Shown here: piece by piece, positions 10,133 through 20,455 of the stretch
Position numbering within the stretch: position 1 is the stretch's first letter
How the letters are laid out: each line of letters starts with the position of its first letter
Assembly: GCA_030429105.1 (NCBI GenBank)
Contig: JAUIDE010000002.1
Location: 7,896-71,895 of the forward strand
DNA length: 64,000 nt
From: Alphaproteobacteria bacterium
GTDB taxonomy: Bacteria > Pseudomonadota > Alphaproteobacteria > Rhodobacterales > Rhodobacteraceae
Direction of reading: 5' to 3'
Notes under the pieces: generated by a model
Seen by the model: the letters and a program-made list of their open reading frames with translations, nothing else
The model's database searches: none
Told to the model about the DNA's origin: nothing
Translations under genes and position numbers: made by a program

Positions 10133-12870
10133 CCCTCCGCCTCCTCCCCGCCCTGTTCCGCGATCCGCGCGACGGAGACGACGCGCTCGCCCGACGCTGC
10201 GTTCAGCACCTTCACGCCGCCCGCGTTGCGGGAGCGGAAGGAGATGCCGGAGACGGGGCACCGGATTGACTGGCCGCCATCCGTCACCGCCATGATCTGG
10301 TCGTCGATCTCGACCGGGAAGGAGGCGACGACCGGCCCGCCCCGCATCGCCCGGTCCATCGCGAAGACGCCCTGGCCGCCCCGGCCCCGCACAGGATAAT
10401 CATGGCTGGAGGAGAGTTTGCCCTGCCCGCGCTCGGTGAGCGTCAGGATGAGGTTCTCCGCCGCCGACATCTCGGCGTAGCGCTCGGGCGAAAGGGCGAC
10501 GACGGCCACCGCCTCCTCCTCGGGCTCCGCCTCCTCCTCCACGCCCTCGGCCTGCCCCGCCACCGCGCGGCGCATCTTGAGATAGGCGGCGCGCTCCTCC
10601 GGCGTCGCCTCGAAATGACGGATGATCGACATGGAGACCACCCGGTCGCCCTCCGCCAGCCGAATGCCGCGAACGCCAGTGGAGCCCCGCCCTTCGAACA
10701 CCCGCACATCCGTCGTCGGGAAGCGAATCGCCTTGCCCGCGGCGGTGACAAGCATCACGTCGTCCTCCTCGGAGGAGATGCGGGCGTTCACAAGCGTATC
10801 GTCGGCGTCCTCGCCTTCGAACTTCATCGCGATCTTGCCGTTCCGCATGACGTTGGTGAAGTCGGAGAGCCGGTTGCGCCGGACCCCGCCCTTCGCCGTG
10901 GCGAACGTGATCTGCAGATCGGCCCAGTCCTCCTCGGGACGGTCGACCGGCATCAGCGCGGCGATGGAGACGCCGGACGTCACCGGCAGGACGTTCACGA
11001 TCGCCTTGCCCCGGCTCGCCCGCCCGCCGAGCGGGAGCTGCCAAGTCTTGAGCTTGTAGCAGATGCCGTCCGTCGTGAAGAAGAGGATCGGCGTGTGCGT
11101 GTTGGCGACGAAGAGCGTGGTGACGAAATCGTCGTCCTTTGTCGCCATTCCGGAAAGGCCCTTGCCGCCCCGCGCCTGAGCCCGGTATTCCGCCAACGGC
11201 GTGCGCTTCAGATAGCCGCCATGGGTGACGGTGACGACCATCTCCTCCCGCTCGATCAGGTCCTCGTCGTCCACGTCGCCGTCGAACTCGACGATCTCGG
11301 AGCGACGGGGCGTCGCGAAGGCCGCCCTCACGGCGGAAAGCTCCTCCGAGATGATGGCCATGATCCGCTCGCGCGAGCGGAGGATGGCGAGATAGTCCAC
11401 GATCCGCGCGGCGAGGGATTCCAGCTCGTCCGTCACTTCCTTGACGCCGAGCGCGGTGAGCCGCTGGAGCCGGAGTTCGAGGATCGCCCGCGCCTGCGCG
11501 TCGGAGAGGTTGTAGGTCCCGTCCTCGTTCATCGGATGCGCCGGGTCGTCGATCAGGCGGAGATAGTCGGCGATCTGCGCCGCAGGCCAGCGCCGCTCCA
11601 TCAGGCTCCGCCGCGCCTCCGCCGCGTCCGCCGAGGCGCGGATCGTGCGCACCACCTCGTCCACGTTCTCCACCGCGACGGCGAGGCCGCAGAGGAGATG
11701 CGCCCGCTCCCGGGCCTTCCGCAGCTCGAAGGCGGTGCGCCGCGTCACGACCTCCTCGCGGAAGGCGATGAAGGAAGAGAGGATGCGCCGCAGGTCCATC
11801 TGCTCCGGCCGGCCGCCGTTCAGCGCCAGCATGTTGCAGGGGAAGCTCTGCTGCAGCGGCGTGAAGCGGAAGAGCTGGTTCAGCACCACGTCCGGCGTCG
11901 CGTCCCGCTTCAGCTCGATGACGACGCGGACGCCCTGCCGGTCGCTTTCGTCCTGCACATGGTGGAGCCCGTCGATCTTCTTCTCGCGCACCAGCTCCGC
12001 GATCTTCTCGATCATGGCGGACTTGTTCACCTGATAGGGCACCTCGTCCACGATGATGGCGAAGCGGTCCTTCCGGATCTCCTCGATATGCGTCTTCGCG
12101 CGCATGATCACGGAGCCGCGGCCCTCATGATACGCCTTCCGCGCGCCGGAACGGCCGAGGATCAGCGCGCCGGTCGGGAAATCGGGCGCCGGGATGTGCT
12201 GCATGAGGTCGGAGACTGTGAGGTCTGGGTCGGCGATCAGCGCCAGCGTCGCATCGATCACCTCGCCGAGATTGTGGGGCGGTATGTTCGTCGCCATGCC
12301 GACGGCGATGCCGCCCGCGCCGTTGACGAGTATATTGGGGAAGCGGGCGGGAAGCACGGTCGGCTCCCGGTCCTTCCCGTCGTAATTGTCCTGGAAATCG
12401 ACCGTCTCCTTGTCGATGTCCTCGAGCAGCGCGCCGGCGGATTTCGCCATTCGCACCTCGGTGTAGCGCATGGCTGCGGGCGCATCGCCGTCCATCGAGC
12501 CGAAATTGCCCTGCCCGTCGAGGAGCGGCAGCCGCATGGAAAAGGTCTGCGCCATCCGCACGAGCGCGTCGTAGATCGCGCTGTCGCCATGCGGATGGTA
12601 TTTCCCCATCACATCGCCAACAGGCCGGGCGGACTTCCGGTAGGGTTTGTCGAAGGTGTTTCCCGTCTCATGCATCGCATAGAGGATGCGCCGGTGCACG
12701 GGCTTCAATCCGTCCCGCACGTCCGGAATGGCGCGGGAGACGATGACGGACATCGCATAGTCGAGATAGGACCGCCGCATCTCGTCCTCGATCGAGATCG
12801 TCGGGCCGGAATGGGTGGGTCTTGCCGGACCGGCCTCTTCGGGGCCGTCCTGTGTCTCGTCGTCGCTCAA
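10129..12870 (-). CDS. gyrA: DNA gyrase subunit A
   Basis: 913 aa. Contains the active-site region ([10 protein letters not shown]), the QRDR-type block [17 protein letters not shown] and C-terminal beta-pinwheel repeats. Confidence 0.97.
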   Translation of the reverse strand: MSDDETQDGPEEAGPARPTHSGPTISIEDEMRRSYLDYAMSVIVSRAIPDVRDGLKPVHRRILYAMHETGNTFDKPYRKSARPVGDVMGKYHPHGDSAIYDALVRMAQTFSMRLPLLDGQGNFGSMDGDAPAAMRYTEVRMAKSAGALLEDIDKETVDFQDNYDGKDREPTVLPARFPNILVNGAGGIAVGMATNIPPHNLGEVIDATLALIADPDLTVSDLMQHIPAPDFPTGALILGRSGARKAYHEGRGSVIMRAKTHIEEIRKDRFAIIVDEVPYQVNKSAMIEKIAELVREKKIDGLHHVQDESDRQGVRVVIELKRDATPDVVLNQLFRFTPLQQSFPCNMLALNGGRPEQMDLRRILSSFIAFREEVVTRRTAFELRKARERAHLLCGLAVAVENVDEVVRTIRASADAAEARRSLMERRWPAAQIADYLRLIDDPAHPMNEDGTYNLSDAQARAILELRLQRLTALGVKEVTDELESLAARIVDYLAILRSRERIMAIISEELSAVRAAFATPRRSEIVEFDGDVDDEDLIEREEMVVTVTHGGYLKRTPLAEYRAQARGGKGLSGMATKDDDFVTTLFVANTHTPILFFTTDGICYKLKTWQLPLGGRASRGKAIVNVLPVTSGVSIAALMPVDRPEEDWADLQITFATAKGGVRRNRLSDFTNVMRNGKIAMKFEGEDADDTLVNARISSEEDDVMLVTAAGKAIRFPTTDVRVFEGRGSTGVRGIRLAEGDRVVSMSIIRHFEATPEERAAYLKMRRAVAGQAEGVEEEAEPEEEAVAVVALSPERYAEMSAAENLILTLTERGQGKLSSSHDYPVRGRGGQGVFAMDRAMRGGPVVASFPVEIDDQIMAVTDGGQSIRCPVSGISFRSRNAGGVKVLNAASGERVVSVARIAEQGGEEAEG

Positions 12871-12970
12871 GGGGATGTCCTGCTTCGCCAGCCGAAAGGG
12901 TGTGACGGGTATATTACGCAGGGGGGCGCGCGTCTATCTTGCGCAGGTACTCCGTGACATTGCCAGCCGG

Positions 12971-13002
12971 CGACATGTCGACTACATGTATCTCGCGTAG
13001 TC
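12971..13002. promoter_or_regulatory. Candidate RelB operator: palindromes directly upstream of the TA pair
   Basis: Perfect 10-nt palindrome CGACATGTCG (12971-12980), repeated ACATGT (12973-12978 and 12984-12989) and inverted GACTAC/GTAGTC (12980-12985 and 12997-13002). About 30 nt before the relB ATG. Confidence 0.3.
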
Positions 13003-13030
13003 ATGATCCAGCGCCGACAGGAGGCTCCCT

Positions 13031-13252
13031 ATGGTCACCTCGATCCGCCTCGCGCCAGAGGAGGAAGCTCGCCTGAACGCCCTCGCGGAGAGAACGGGAC
13101 GAACGAAGGCGTTCTACCTGCGGGAACTCATTTCCTCCGGCCTTACCGACCTCGAGGATTATTATCTCGGCCAGGAGGTTCTTGAGCGGATCAGAAAAGG
13201 GGAGGAGCGAATCCTGACCTCAGAGGAATTCTGGAGTGGCCTGGACAATTGA
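13031..13252 (+). CDS. Type II antitoxin, ribbon-helix-helix (RelB/CopG-like)
   Basis: 73 aa. RHH-like N-terminus MVTSIRLAPEEEARLNALAERTGRTKAFYLRELI. Overlaps the toxin gene by 17 nt. AGGAGG precedes the ATG. Confidence 0.8.
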   Translation: MVTSIRLAPEEEARLNALAERTGRTKAFYLRELISSGLTDLEDYYLGQEVLERIRKGEERILTSEEFWSGLDN

Positions 13253-13505
13253 ATACGCCGAAGGCGCGCGGAAGCCGCTCCGGAAGATGGACAAAGAGAC
13301 ACGCTCCCGCATCAGGATCTTCCTTGAGGAACGGATCGCCGGATCGGACGATCCCCGGACGACGGGGAAAGCCCTGAAGGGCCCGCTCGCGACGCTTTGG
13401 CGATATCGGGTCGGGGACTGGCGGATCATCTGCCGGATCGAGGACGGGCGGCTGGTCGTCCTCGTCCTCGAGATCGGCCATCGGCGGGAGGTCTATCGCT
13501 CCTGA
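13236..13505 (+). CDS. Type II toxin, RelE/ParE superfamily (RelE/StbE-like)
   Basis: 89 aa with the signature WRYRVGDWRIICRIEDGRLVVLVLEIGHRREVY. Confidence 0.85.
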   Translation: MAWTIEYAEGARKPLRKMDKETRSRIRIFLEERIAGSDDPRTTGKALKGPLATLWRYRVGDWRIICRIEDGRLVVLVLEIGHRREVYRS

Positions 13506-13508
13506 GCC

Positions 13509-14588
13509 TCAGGCCGCCTCCGGCGCCCCCACCGAGCGCGCGGCCGCGACGAGGCTCTCCCATGTTTCCCGCGGCAGGGGCACGCCCTCCGCGAGGCGCT
13601 TCGCCCGCGCCTGCCGCTCCGGGTCGCCGGGGATCATGACGGGCGCGGCCGGGTCCGCCGGCCGGGCCGACTTCACGAAGGCGATGTAATCCGCCGTCGC
13701 GGCGCCCCAGCCGAAGCCGTCATCGAGCCGGTTCGGGTCGATATAGATGGAGAGCATTCCGTTGTAGGGCCCCTCCCCCGGCCCGGCGGCGCCCGATCCC
13801 GTCAGCGTCCCGGCCAGCAATTCGCAGGCGAGCGCGAGACCGGAGCCCTTGTGCGCGCCCATCGCGGTCAGCGCCCCCGGCCCCTTCCGCGGATCGGGGA
13901 CGGCACCGGGCTCCGTCTCGCCATAGAGCGCGCGCGGGTCCTCCGTCAGGCGCCCGTCTCCGTCGATCAGGGAGCCGGCGGGCGGCGCCTTGCCGCCCTT
14001 CATCGCAACGAGGATTTTTCCCTCCGCCGCCGTCGCGGTCGCGAAATCGAGCAGGAAATCCTCCCCGCTCGGGTTCGGCACGCCGATGCAGACCGGGTTG
14101 GTGGAAAAGCGCCGCTCCGCCGCGCCGAAGGGCGCGACGAGCATGGAGCGCCCGACATTCACGAAATGGATCGAAGCGAGGCCGGCGGCCGAAGCCCGCT
14201 CCGCCCATTCCCCGATCCGCCCGAGATGACCGGCGCGGCGGAGCGCGACGAGCGCGACCCCTTCGCGTTTGGCGCGCTCCACGCCGATCTCCACGGCCTG
14301 CCGCCCAACCGTCTGTCCGAAGCCGAAGCCGCCGTCGAGGAGGAGGAAGGCGCCTCCGTCCGTCACCACCTCCGCCTTGCCGCCGAAGACCATCTGGCCC
14401 AGCCGCGCATTCTCAAGATAGCGCGGCGTGCGGACGACGCCGTGGCTGTCATGCCCGGCGAGATTGGCTCCAACGAGATTGCCCGCGATCTCCTGCGCCT
14501 CCTCGGCGGAGGCGCCGGCGGCGGCGAAGGTTCCGGCGATGAAGGCGGTGAGCCGCTCCGCCGGGATCAGCACGTCATCCTGCGCCAT
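13509..14588 (-). CDS. Ldh_2 family (malate/L-lactate/ureidoglycolate-type) NAD(P)-dependent oxidoreductase
   Basis: 359 aa with family blocks GHDSHGV, STNPVCIGVP and AMGAHKGSGLAL. Confidence 0.82.
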   Translation of the reverse strand: MAQDDVLIPAERLTAFIAGTFAAAGASAEEAQEIAGNLVGANLAGHDSHGVVRTPRYLENARLGQMVFGGKAEVVTDGGAFLLLDGGFGFGQTVGRQAVEIGVERAKREGVALVALRRAGHLGRIGEWAERASAAGLASIHFVNVGRSMLVAPFGAAERRFSTNPVCIGVPNPSGEDFLLDFATATAAEGKILVAMKGGKAPPAGSLIDGDGRLTEDPRALYGETEPGAVPDPRKGPGALTAMGAHKGSGLALACELLAGTLTGSGAAGPGEGPYNGMLSIYIDPNRLDDGFGWGAATADYIAFVKSARPADPAAPVMIPGDPERQARAKRLAEGVPLPRETWESLVAAARSVGAPEAA

Positions 14589-14972
14589 TCACTGATACCG
14601 CGCCCAGTCCTGCCCGCGGCAGAAGACGATCACGCAGCCCTCCACCGCCAGCACGTCGCCCTTCAGCTCCATGTTGGCCGAATAGGTCTTGTCGTCATCC
14701 GGGGCCCAGATTTCCCCGTCGTCCCACTTGTTCTCTCCGTCGGGCTTCATGCCCGTGATCATCTGCCGGCCAAGATGCTCGTAGGTCTCGTTCACGGCGC
14801 CGGAGACGTTCCGCGCCTCGACGATCGTGCCGCAGAGCGCGTCTCCGCAGGGCGCGACCTCGACGACGAGGAACCCCCCCTCCTCATTCGGATTGGTCAT
14901 CCACTTCCCCGTCGCGTCGGCGGCGGCGGCGCCGGCGAGGAGGGAGAGGGCGGCGGCGGCGATTAGTCTCAT
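14589..14972 (-). CDS. DUF2147-like periplasmic protein
   Basis: Signal peptide, then GKW...CGDALCGTIV...DGEIWAPDDDKTY pattern. Its stop abuts the Ldh_2 start. Confidence 0.7.
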   Translation of the reverse strand: MRLIAAAALSLLAGAAAADATGKWMTNPNEEGGFLVVEVAPCGDALCGTIVEARNVSGAVNETYEHLGRQMITGMKPDGENKWDDGEIWAPDDDKTYSANMELKGDVLAVEGCVIVFCRGQDWARYQ

Positions 14973-15092
14973 GGCGGGCTCCCGTTGGATGTTGCCATCG
15001 TAAAGATGCCGGCTTCCCCGGCTTCGTCAACCCCGTTTGCGAGCCCGCGCGAAAGCCGTTAAGACGCGCGGCGGAGCCCGGCGGAGCGCAGC

Positions 15093-15827
15093 ATGATCCT
15101 CTATCCCGCGATCGACCTCAAGGCCGGCGCCTGCGTGCGGCTCCTGCGGGGCGAGATGGACCAGGCGACCGTCTTCAACGAGGACCCGGCGGCGCAGGCG
15201 CGCGCCTTCGCCGCTTCCGGCGCCGAATGGCTCCATGTGGTCGATCTCGACGGGGCCTTCGCCGGCCGGCCGGAGAACGCCGCGGCGGTGGAGGCGATCC
15301 TTTCGGCCGTCTCGATCCCGGTCCAGCTCGGCGGCGGGGTGCGGGACATGGGCGCGCTCGAGGGCTGGCTCGCCAAGGGAATATCCCGTGTCATCCTCGG
15401 CACCGCCGCCGTGCGGGACCCGGCCTTCGTGAAGGCCGCCGCGAAGGCGCATCCCGGCCGCGTCGCCGTCGGCATCGACGCCCGCGGCGGAAAGGTCGCG
15501 GTCGAAGGCTGGGCGGAAACGACGGGCGAGGGGGCGACGGACCTCGCGAAAGCCTATGAAGGCGCCGGCGTCGCCGCGATCATCTACACCGATATCGAGC
15601 GGGACGGGGCGATGCAGGGCCCGAACGTCGCCGCAACCGCGGCCCTCGCCCGCGCCGTCTCGATCCCCGTCATCGCCTCCGGCGGCGTCTCCTCGCTCGA
15701 CGATCTCCGCGCCCTCCGCGAGTGCGGCGCCCCGCTTGACGGCGCGATCTCGGGCCGCGCGCTCTATGACGGGCGGATCGACCTCGCCGAGGCGATGGCG
15801 CTCCTGAAGGAGCCCGCCTCATGCTGA
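15093..15827 (+). CDS. hisA: ProFAR isomerase HisA
   Basis: [17 protein letters not shown] start and two (beta/alpha)4 halves with GGGVR and SGGVSS phosphate sites. Overlaps hisF. Confidence 0.93.
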   Translation: MILYPAIDLKAGACVRLLRGEMDQATVFNEDPAAQARAFAASGAEWLHVVDLDGAFAGRPENAAAVEAILSAVSIPVQLGGGVRDMGALEGWLAKGISRVILGTAAVRDPAFVKAAAKAHPGRVAVGIDARGGKVAVEGWAETTGEGATDLAKAYEGAGVAAIIYTDIERDGAMQGPNVAATAALARAVSIPVIASGGVSSLDDLRALRECGAPLDGAISGRALYDGRIDLAEAMALLKEPASC

Positions 15828-16579
15828 AAACCCGCGTCATCCCCTGCCTCGACGTGAAGGACGGGCGCGTGGTGAAGGGCGTCAACTTCGTCGACCTTCG
15901 CGACGCGGGGGACCCGGTGGAGCAAGCCGCGCTCTATGACGCCGCGGGGGCGGACGAGCTCTGCTTCCTCGACATCACGGCGAGCTCCGACAATCGGGAG
16001 ACGATTCTCGACGTCGCGCAGCGCACGGCGGAGCGCTGCTTCATGCCGCTCACCGTGGGCGGCGGCGTGCGGACGCTGGAGAACATCCGGGACCTCCTGC
16101 GCGCCGGGGCCGACAAGGTCTCGATCAACACCGCGGCGGTGAAGGACCCGGATTTCGTCGCCCGCGCAGCCGAGAAGTTCGGCGCGCAGTGCATCACCGT
16201 CGCCATCGACGCCAAGACGGTCGCCCCCGGCAAGTGGGAGATCTTCACCCATGGCGGGCGGGAGCGGACGGGGATCGACGCCGTCGCCTTCGCCCGCCAG
16301 ATGGCTGAGAAGGGCGCGGGGGAGATCCTCCTCACCTCGATGGACCGGGACGGGACGAAGGCGGGCTACAACCTCCCCCTCACCCGCGCAGTCGCCGAAG
16401 CCGTCCCGATCCCGGTCATCGCCTCGGGCGGGGTCGGGACACTGGAGCATCTCGTGGAGGGAGTGACGGAGGGCCGCGCCTCCGCCGTCCTCGCCGCCTC
16501 GATCTTCCATTTCGGCCAGCACACGATCCGCGAGGCGAAGGAGGCGCTGGCCGCGGCCGGCGTTCCGGTGCGGCTGTGA
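15821..16579 (+). CDS. hisF: Imidazole glycerol phosphate synthase cyclase subunit HisF
   Basis: [27 protein letters not shown] and ASGGVG blocks. 252 aa. Confidence 0.95.
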   Translation: MLKTRVIPCLDVKDGRVVKGVNFVDLRDAGDPVEQAALYDAAGADELCFLDITASSDNRETILDVAQRTAERCFMPLTVGGGVRTLENIRDLLRAGADKVSINTAAVKDPDFVARAAEKFGAQCITVAIDAKTVAPGKWEIFTHGGRERTGIDAVAFARQMAEKGAGEILLTSMDRDGTKAGYNLPLTRAVAEAVPIPVIASGGVGTLEHLVEGVTEGRASAVLAASIFHFGQHTIREAKEALAAAGVPVRL

Positions 16580-16893
16580 GCGCGCTCGAGCGGCTCGCCG
16601 CCACCATCGCCGCGCGGAAAGCGGCGGGGGACGCGGCGAGTTCCCACACCGCCCGTCTCCTCGCCGCCGGCCCCTCGAAATGCGCGCAGAAATTCGGGGA
16701 GGAGGCGGTGGAGGCCGTCATCGCCGCCGCCTCCGGCGGGCGGGAGGAGACGGTCTCCGAGGCGGCGGACGCGCTCTATCACCTCCTCGTCATGCTCGCC
16801 GCGCGGGACATCACGCTCGCGGATGTGGAGGCGGAACTGGCGCGGCGCGAGGGCGTCTCCGGCCTCGCGGAGAAGGCCGCGCGGAGAGGGTGA
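16576..16893 (+). CDS. hisE: Phosphoribosyl-ATP pyrophosphatase HisE
   Basis: 105 aa with [24 protein letters not shown]...[16 protein letters not shown] start overlaps the hisF stop. Confidence 0.9.
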   Translation: MSALERLAATIAARKAAGDAASSHTARLLAAGPSKCAQKFGEEAVEAVIAAASGGREETVSEAADALYHLLVMLAARDITLADVEAELARREGVSGLAEKAARRG

Positions 16894-18287
16894 GCGCCCC
16901 GGAACTCTATGTCGTCAACCGCGCGGCGGACGAAGCCCGACTCGCCCGCTTCGCCGCCTCCGCCGAGGCGCTCGGCCTCCCCTTCGCGCGGATCGAGGCG
17001 ATGGACGGGCATGACCCGGCCTTCCCCTTCTTCCTTTACGAACACCTGCTGCCCGACGCCTTCTGGGGCGAGCAGCGGATCAAGCCCGGTGCCTTCGGCT
17101 GCTTCCTCTCGCACCGCGCCGCCTGGGCGCGGATGCTGGCCGACGGGACGGAGACGGCGCTGATCTGCGAGGACGACGCCGTCCTCTCCGCCCCGCCCGG
17201 CTCGGTCGCGGCGCCGGATGGATTCGATCTCGTCTTCTGCGGCTCCCGCCTCGCCTCATGGCGCGACGGGCCGGGCCTCTCCTCCGTGTCCGACGTCCTC
17301 TCCGCCATGGGCGCGCGGCGCCCCGGCGCGGGCGGGCTTGCGTCGGCGCCGGGGGCGGAGGCCTATCTCCTGAGCCGAGAAGGAGCGCGGCTCCTCCTCG
17401 CGCTTTCGGAGCGGGACGGCGCGTGCGCAGGCGTCGACTGGCTGATGCTCGGCTGGGCGGCGCCCGCCGCCGCGCGCCCCCCCTGGCCGGAATGGGCGCA
17501 TCTGCCCGAAGCCGAACTGACGGCCTTCATCGCCGATCCCCTCGCCAAAACAGCCCCCGCGCCGAGCGCGATCCGCCACCGGGAGACCGCCACCCTCGCT
17601 GCGCTCCGCGACCTCGCGCCGCTGGCCGGGCTCGTGGAGACGGGCGGGCTCAACGATCCGTCGGCGCGCACGCTGGCGGCTGGGCGGTTCCCGGCGCTCC
17701 CGGCGCTGGAACTCCTCTTTCGCTGGATGAAGCGCCGGGGCCTCTTCGTCGATATCGGCGCCCATCTCGGCGCGGCGACGCTCTTCATGCTCCGCCATGG
17801 CGGCGCGGCGCGGGCCATCCCTTTCGAATGGGCGGAGGCTGCCCATGGCCCTCTCCGGCGCAGCCTAGCCGCGGCCGGGCTCGAAGACAGGGCGCAGACG
17901 GCGCATCTCGGCCTCGGGCTGGCGGAGGCGCGGGGGCGGCGGGCCGTTCGCGGCGACGCGGCCGCGCCCTGGGCCGCGCGTCTGAAGCCCGACTTCGCGG
18001 AGACCGTCCCCGTAAGGGCAGGCGATACGCTTCTCCGCACAGAGGCGCCGGACCTGATCCTCATCGACGTGAACGGGGAGGAGAAGGAAGTCCTGAAGGG
18101 CCTCCGCAAGACCATCGGCCGCCATTCCCCCGTCATCGCTCTCGCGCTTGGTCATGAGCGGAGCGCGAAGGCCCTGCCCCTCCTCGCCCGGCGCGGCTAC
18201 GCCGAGGCGGAGCGGGCGGAATGGGAGGAGGGGGGCGAGGCCCGCCGCCTCGCCGTCTTCGTGAAGCGCGGCGGCGCGGGCGGCTAA
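16890..18287 (+). CDS. Two-domain protein: GT25-like glycosyltransferase (N) fused to an FkbM-type methyltransferase (C)
   Basis: The N-terminus ([15 protein letters not shown]...[13 protein letters not shown]...LICEDDA) resembles family-25 LOS glycosyltransferases. The C-terminus ([14 protein letters not shown]...[14 protein letters not shown]) resembles FkbM methyltransferases. GTG at 16890-16892 overlaps the hisE TGA; the upstream part of the track ORF is out-of-gene. Confidence 0.6.
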   Translation: MSAPELYVVNRAADEARLARFAASAEALGLPFARIEAMDGHDPAFPFFLYEHLLPDAFWGEQRIKPGAFGCFLSHRAAWARMLADGTETALICEDDAVLSAPPGSVAAPDGFDLVFCGSRLASWRDGPGLSSVSDVLSAMGARRPGAGGLASAPGAEAYLLSREGARLLLALSERDGACAGVDWLMLGWAAPAAARPPWPEWAHLPEAELTAFIADPLAKTAPAPSAIRHRETATLAALRDLAPLAGLVETGGLNDPSARTLAAGRFPALPALELLFRWMKRRGLFVDIGAHLGAATLFMLRHGGAARAIPFEWAEAAHGPLRRSLAAAGLEDRAQTAHLGLGLAEARGRRAVRGDAAAPWAARLKPDFAETVPVRAGDTLLRTEAPDLILIDVNGEEKEVLKGLRKTIGRHSPVIALALGHERSAKALPLLARRGYAEAERAEWEEGGEARRLAVFVKRGGAGG

Positions 18288-18385
18288 TCGTTGCCCCCCC
18301 GCGCCCCCGCGGCGATAGTTGCTGCGCGGCAGGGGCGCGCGGGTCGATTCGGCGCGCCGATCAGACCGTTGAGAGAGGGACAGGG

Positions 18386-18733
18386 ATGAGCAATCTGGCG
18401 ACAGCGGTCGGGCGGCTCCGGGGCGCCGTGAGCGCGCTCGAAGCCGCCTTGCGCGCAGAGCGGGCGGCGGCGGGCGCAGCGGCGGCGGAGGCGGAGCGCC
18501 GCGCAGCCCATGCGGAGGCGCGGATCGCCGCGCTCGAAGTCGAGGCGCGGGGCAAGGCGGACGAGGGCGCCCTGAAGGCCGCGCTCGCCCGCGCCGAAGC
18601 GGCCGAGTCAGAGGCCGCGCAGCTGCGGGAGGCGCTGGCCGAGGACGAGAAGCTGAAGGAGGAGGCCGCGCAGGCGCTCGACGCGGCCATCATCGAATTG
18701 CGGACGATGGGCGGGGTCGCGGCGCATGGCTGA
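18386..18733 (+). CDS. Coiled-coil protein of the DUF4164 type usually found upstream of zapA
   Basis: 115 aa, Ala/Glu-rich coiled coil. Overlaps the zapA start by 8 nt. ATG at 18386 is preceded by GAGAGAGGGA. Confidence 0.55.
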   Translation: MSNLATAVGRLRGAVSALEAALRAERAAAGAAAAEAERRAAHAEARIAALEVEARGKADEGALKAALARAEAAESEAAQLREALAEDEKLKEEAAQALDAAIIELRTMGGVAAHG

Positions 18734-19160
18734 AGTTTCGGTCCGCGTCGGCGGCAGGACCTATCCCGTCCACTGCGAGGACGGGCAGGAGCCGCGCGTC
18801 GCCGCCCTCGCCCGCCGGATCGACGCTGAGGCGGCGGCGCTTCTCGCCGGCGGCGGCGCGGCGCCGAGCGAGCCGCGCCTTCTCCTCATGGCGGCGCTGA
18901 TGCTCGCCGACAAGCTCGACGAGGCGGAGGCTGCGCTCGCGAAGCCCGCGCCCACTCCCCCGCCCCCGGCGGCGGATCTCTTCGCCGCCGAAGAGGCCGA
19001 GCGCGCCGCCGCCGCGATGGAGGAGGCCGCCCGCCGGCTCGACGCGCTCCGCGAGGGCGACGACGGGGAGGATGACGGGCCGGAAGATCAGGGAGACGGT
19101 CTGAGCCGCGCGGAGCGGCGCGCCATCCGCCGCGCGCGGCGGGAGAACGGCGAGGACTAG
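18726..19160 (+). CDS. zapA: Cell division protein ZapA
   Basis: N-terminal ZapA fold signature VSVRVGGRTYPVHCEDGQEPRVAALARRIDAE, followed by an acidic disordered tail. Confidence 0.78.
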   Translation: MAEVSVRVGGRTYPVHCEDGQEPRVAALARRIDAEAAALLAGGGAAPSEPRLLLMAALMLADKLDEAEAALAKPAPTPPPPAADLFAAEEAERAAAAMEEAARRLDALREGDDGEDDGPEDQGDGLSRAERRAIRRARRENGED

Positions 19161-19261
19161 GGGCTTCCATCACGTTTCGTGAAAGGAGCCATCGGCAATC
19201 CGCGCTTCCCCTCCTCGCGCGCCGTGATAAAGCGGAGGGGCACATCCCTCCGGAGCCTGCC

Positions 19262-20446
19262 ATGCCCCTCGCCAACGGCCGCCATTTCCTCGCCATTCCC
19301 GGCCCTTCGGTGATGCCGGACGAGGTGCTGCGGGCGATGCACCGGCCGGGCGCGAATATCTACGAAGGCAAGCTCGTCGAGATGACCTTCGCCATGCTGC
19401 CGGACCTCGCGAAGGTCGCGCGCACGGCGGGGCGGCCGATGATATATATCGGCAACGGCCACGCGGCATGGGAGGCCGCGCTGGTCAACACGCTCGATCC
19501 GGGGGAGACGGCGCTGGTGCTCGAATCCGGGCGTTTCGCCGTCACCTGGGGGGAAATGGCCTCCGCGCTCGGCGTGAAGGTCGAGGTGCTGAACGCCCGC
19601 CCCCGACGCGCGGTGGATCCGGATGCGGTGGAGGCGCGGCTGCGGGCCGACCGGAACCATGAGATCAAGGCGATCCTCGTCGTGCAGATCGACACCGCCA
19701 CGGGCTGCTGGAACGACATCGCCGCCATCCGCCGCGCCATCGACGCGGCCGGCCACCCCGCCCTCTTCCTCGTCGATTGCATGGCCTCGCTCGGCTGCGT
19801 CCCCTACGAGATGGACGCATGGGGCGCGGACGTGACGATCGCCGGCTCGCAGAAGGGCCTGATGACCCCGCCGGGCCTCGGCTTCGTCTGGGCCGGGGAG
19901 AAGGCCTGGGCGAAGACGCCCACGCTTACCCGCGGCCGCTCTCATTGGGCGTGGGAGAAGCGGGCGGAGCCCGAATTCTTCTACCAGCTCTTCCACGGCA
20001 CCGCGCCGGTGCAGCATCTTTACGCGCTCCGCGCCGCGCTCGACATGATCCTGGAGGAAGGGCTGGAGGCCGTCTGGGCCCGCCACGCCGCGCTCGCCGC
20101 CGGCGTCCGCGCCGCGGTGCTTCGCTGGGGCGAAGGCGGGCCGCTGGAACTGAACATGACCGAGGCGGCGGAGCGCTCCGATGCGGTGACGACAGTGCTG
20201 ACCGGCTCCATCGACGCGAAGCGGCTGCGGACGGTGGCGGAGACCAATCTCAACGTCACGCTCGGCATCGGCCTCGGCATCTCGGAGACGGGCGCCTTCC
20301 GCATCGGCCATATGGGCCATGTGAACGCGCCCATGGTTCTCGGCGCGCTCGGTGCGGTGGAGCTTGCGTTGACGCATATCGGCGCGCCCTTCGCGCCCGG
20401 CGGGGTCGAAGCGGCGATCCGGGCGATGGCGCCTGGCGTCGCCTGA
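19262..20446 (+). CDS. Class V PLP-dependent aminotransferase (serine/alanine--glyoxylate aminotransferase-like)
   Basis: 394 aa. LAIPGPSVMPDEV start and PLP-lysine block AGSQKGLMTPPGLGF. Confidence 0.82.
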   Translation: MPLANGRHFLAIPGPSVMPDEVLRAMHRPGANIYEGKLVEMTFAMLPDLAKVARTAGRPMIYIGNGHAAWEAALVNTLDPGETALVLESGRFAVTWGEMASALGVKVEVLNARPRRAVDPDAVEARLRADRNHEIKAILVVQIDTATGCWNDIAAIRRAIDAAGHPALFLVDCMASLGCVPYEMDAWGADVTIAGSQKGLMTPPGLGFVWAGEKAWAKTPTLTRGRSHWAWEKRAEPEFFYQLFHGTAPVQHLYALRAALDMILEEGLEAVWARHAALAAGVRAAVLRWGEGGPLELNMTEAAERSDAVTTVLTGSIDAKRLRTVAETNLNVTLGIGLGISETGAFRIGHMGHVNAPMVLGALGAVELALTHIGAPFAPGGVEAAIRAMAPGVA

Positions 20447-20455
20447 GAGCCGCGC

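Noticed and set aside
10402-12957. 851-aa plus-strand ORF
   Set aside because: It is the antisense shadow of gyrA, whose minus-strand identity is unambiguous.
13236-13505. The idea that the toxin next to gyrA is a gyrase-poisoning ParE
   Set aside because: The sequence pattern (WRYRVGDWRII...IGHRREVY) looks like the RelE/StbE mRNA-interferase branch rather than ParE. Adjacency to gyrA is probably coincidental, so no functional link is claimed.
19161-19261. Possible 6S RNA (ssrS) downstream of zapA, as in enterobacterial zapA-ssrS synteny
   Set aside because: Only ~100 nt are free before the aminotransferase ATG, which is too short for a ~160-180-nt 6S RNA. I see only a 7-bp hairpin (CCCCTCC/GGAGGGG, 19208-19240) and a weak alternative pairing, with no long closing stem or central bubble. 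A covariance-model scan would be needed to revisit this.
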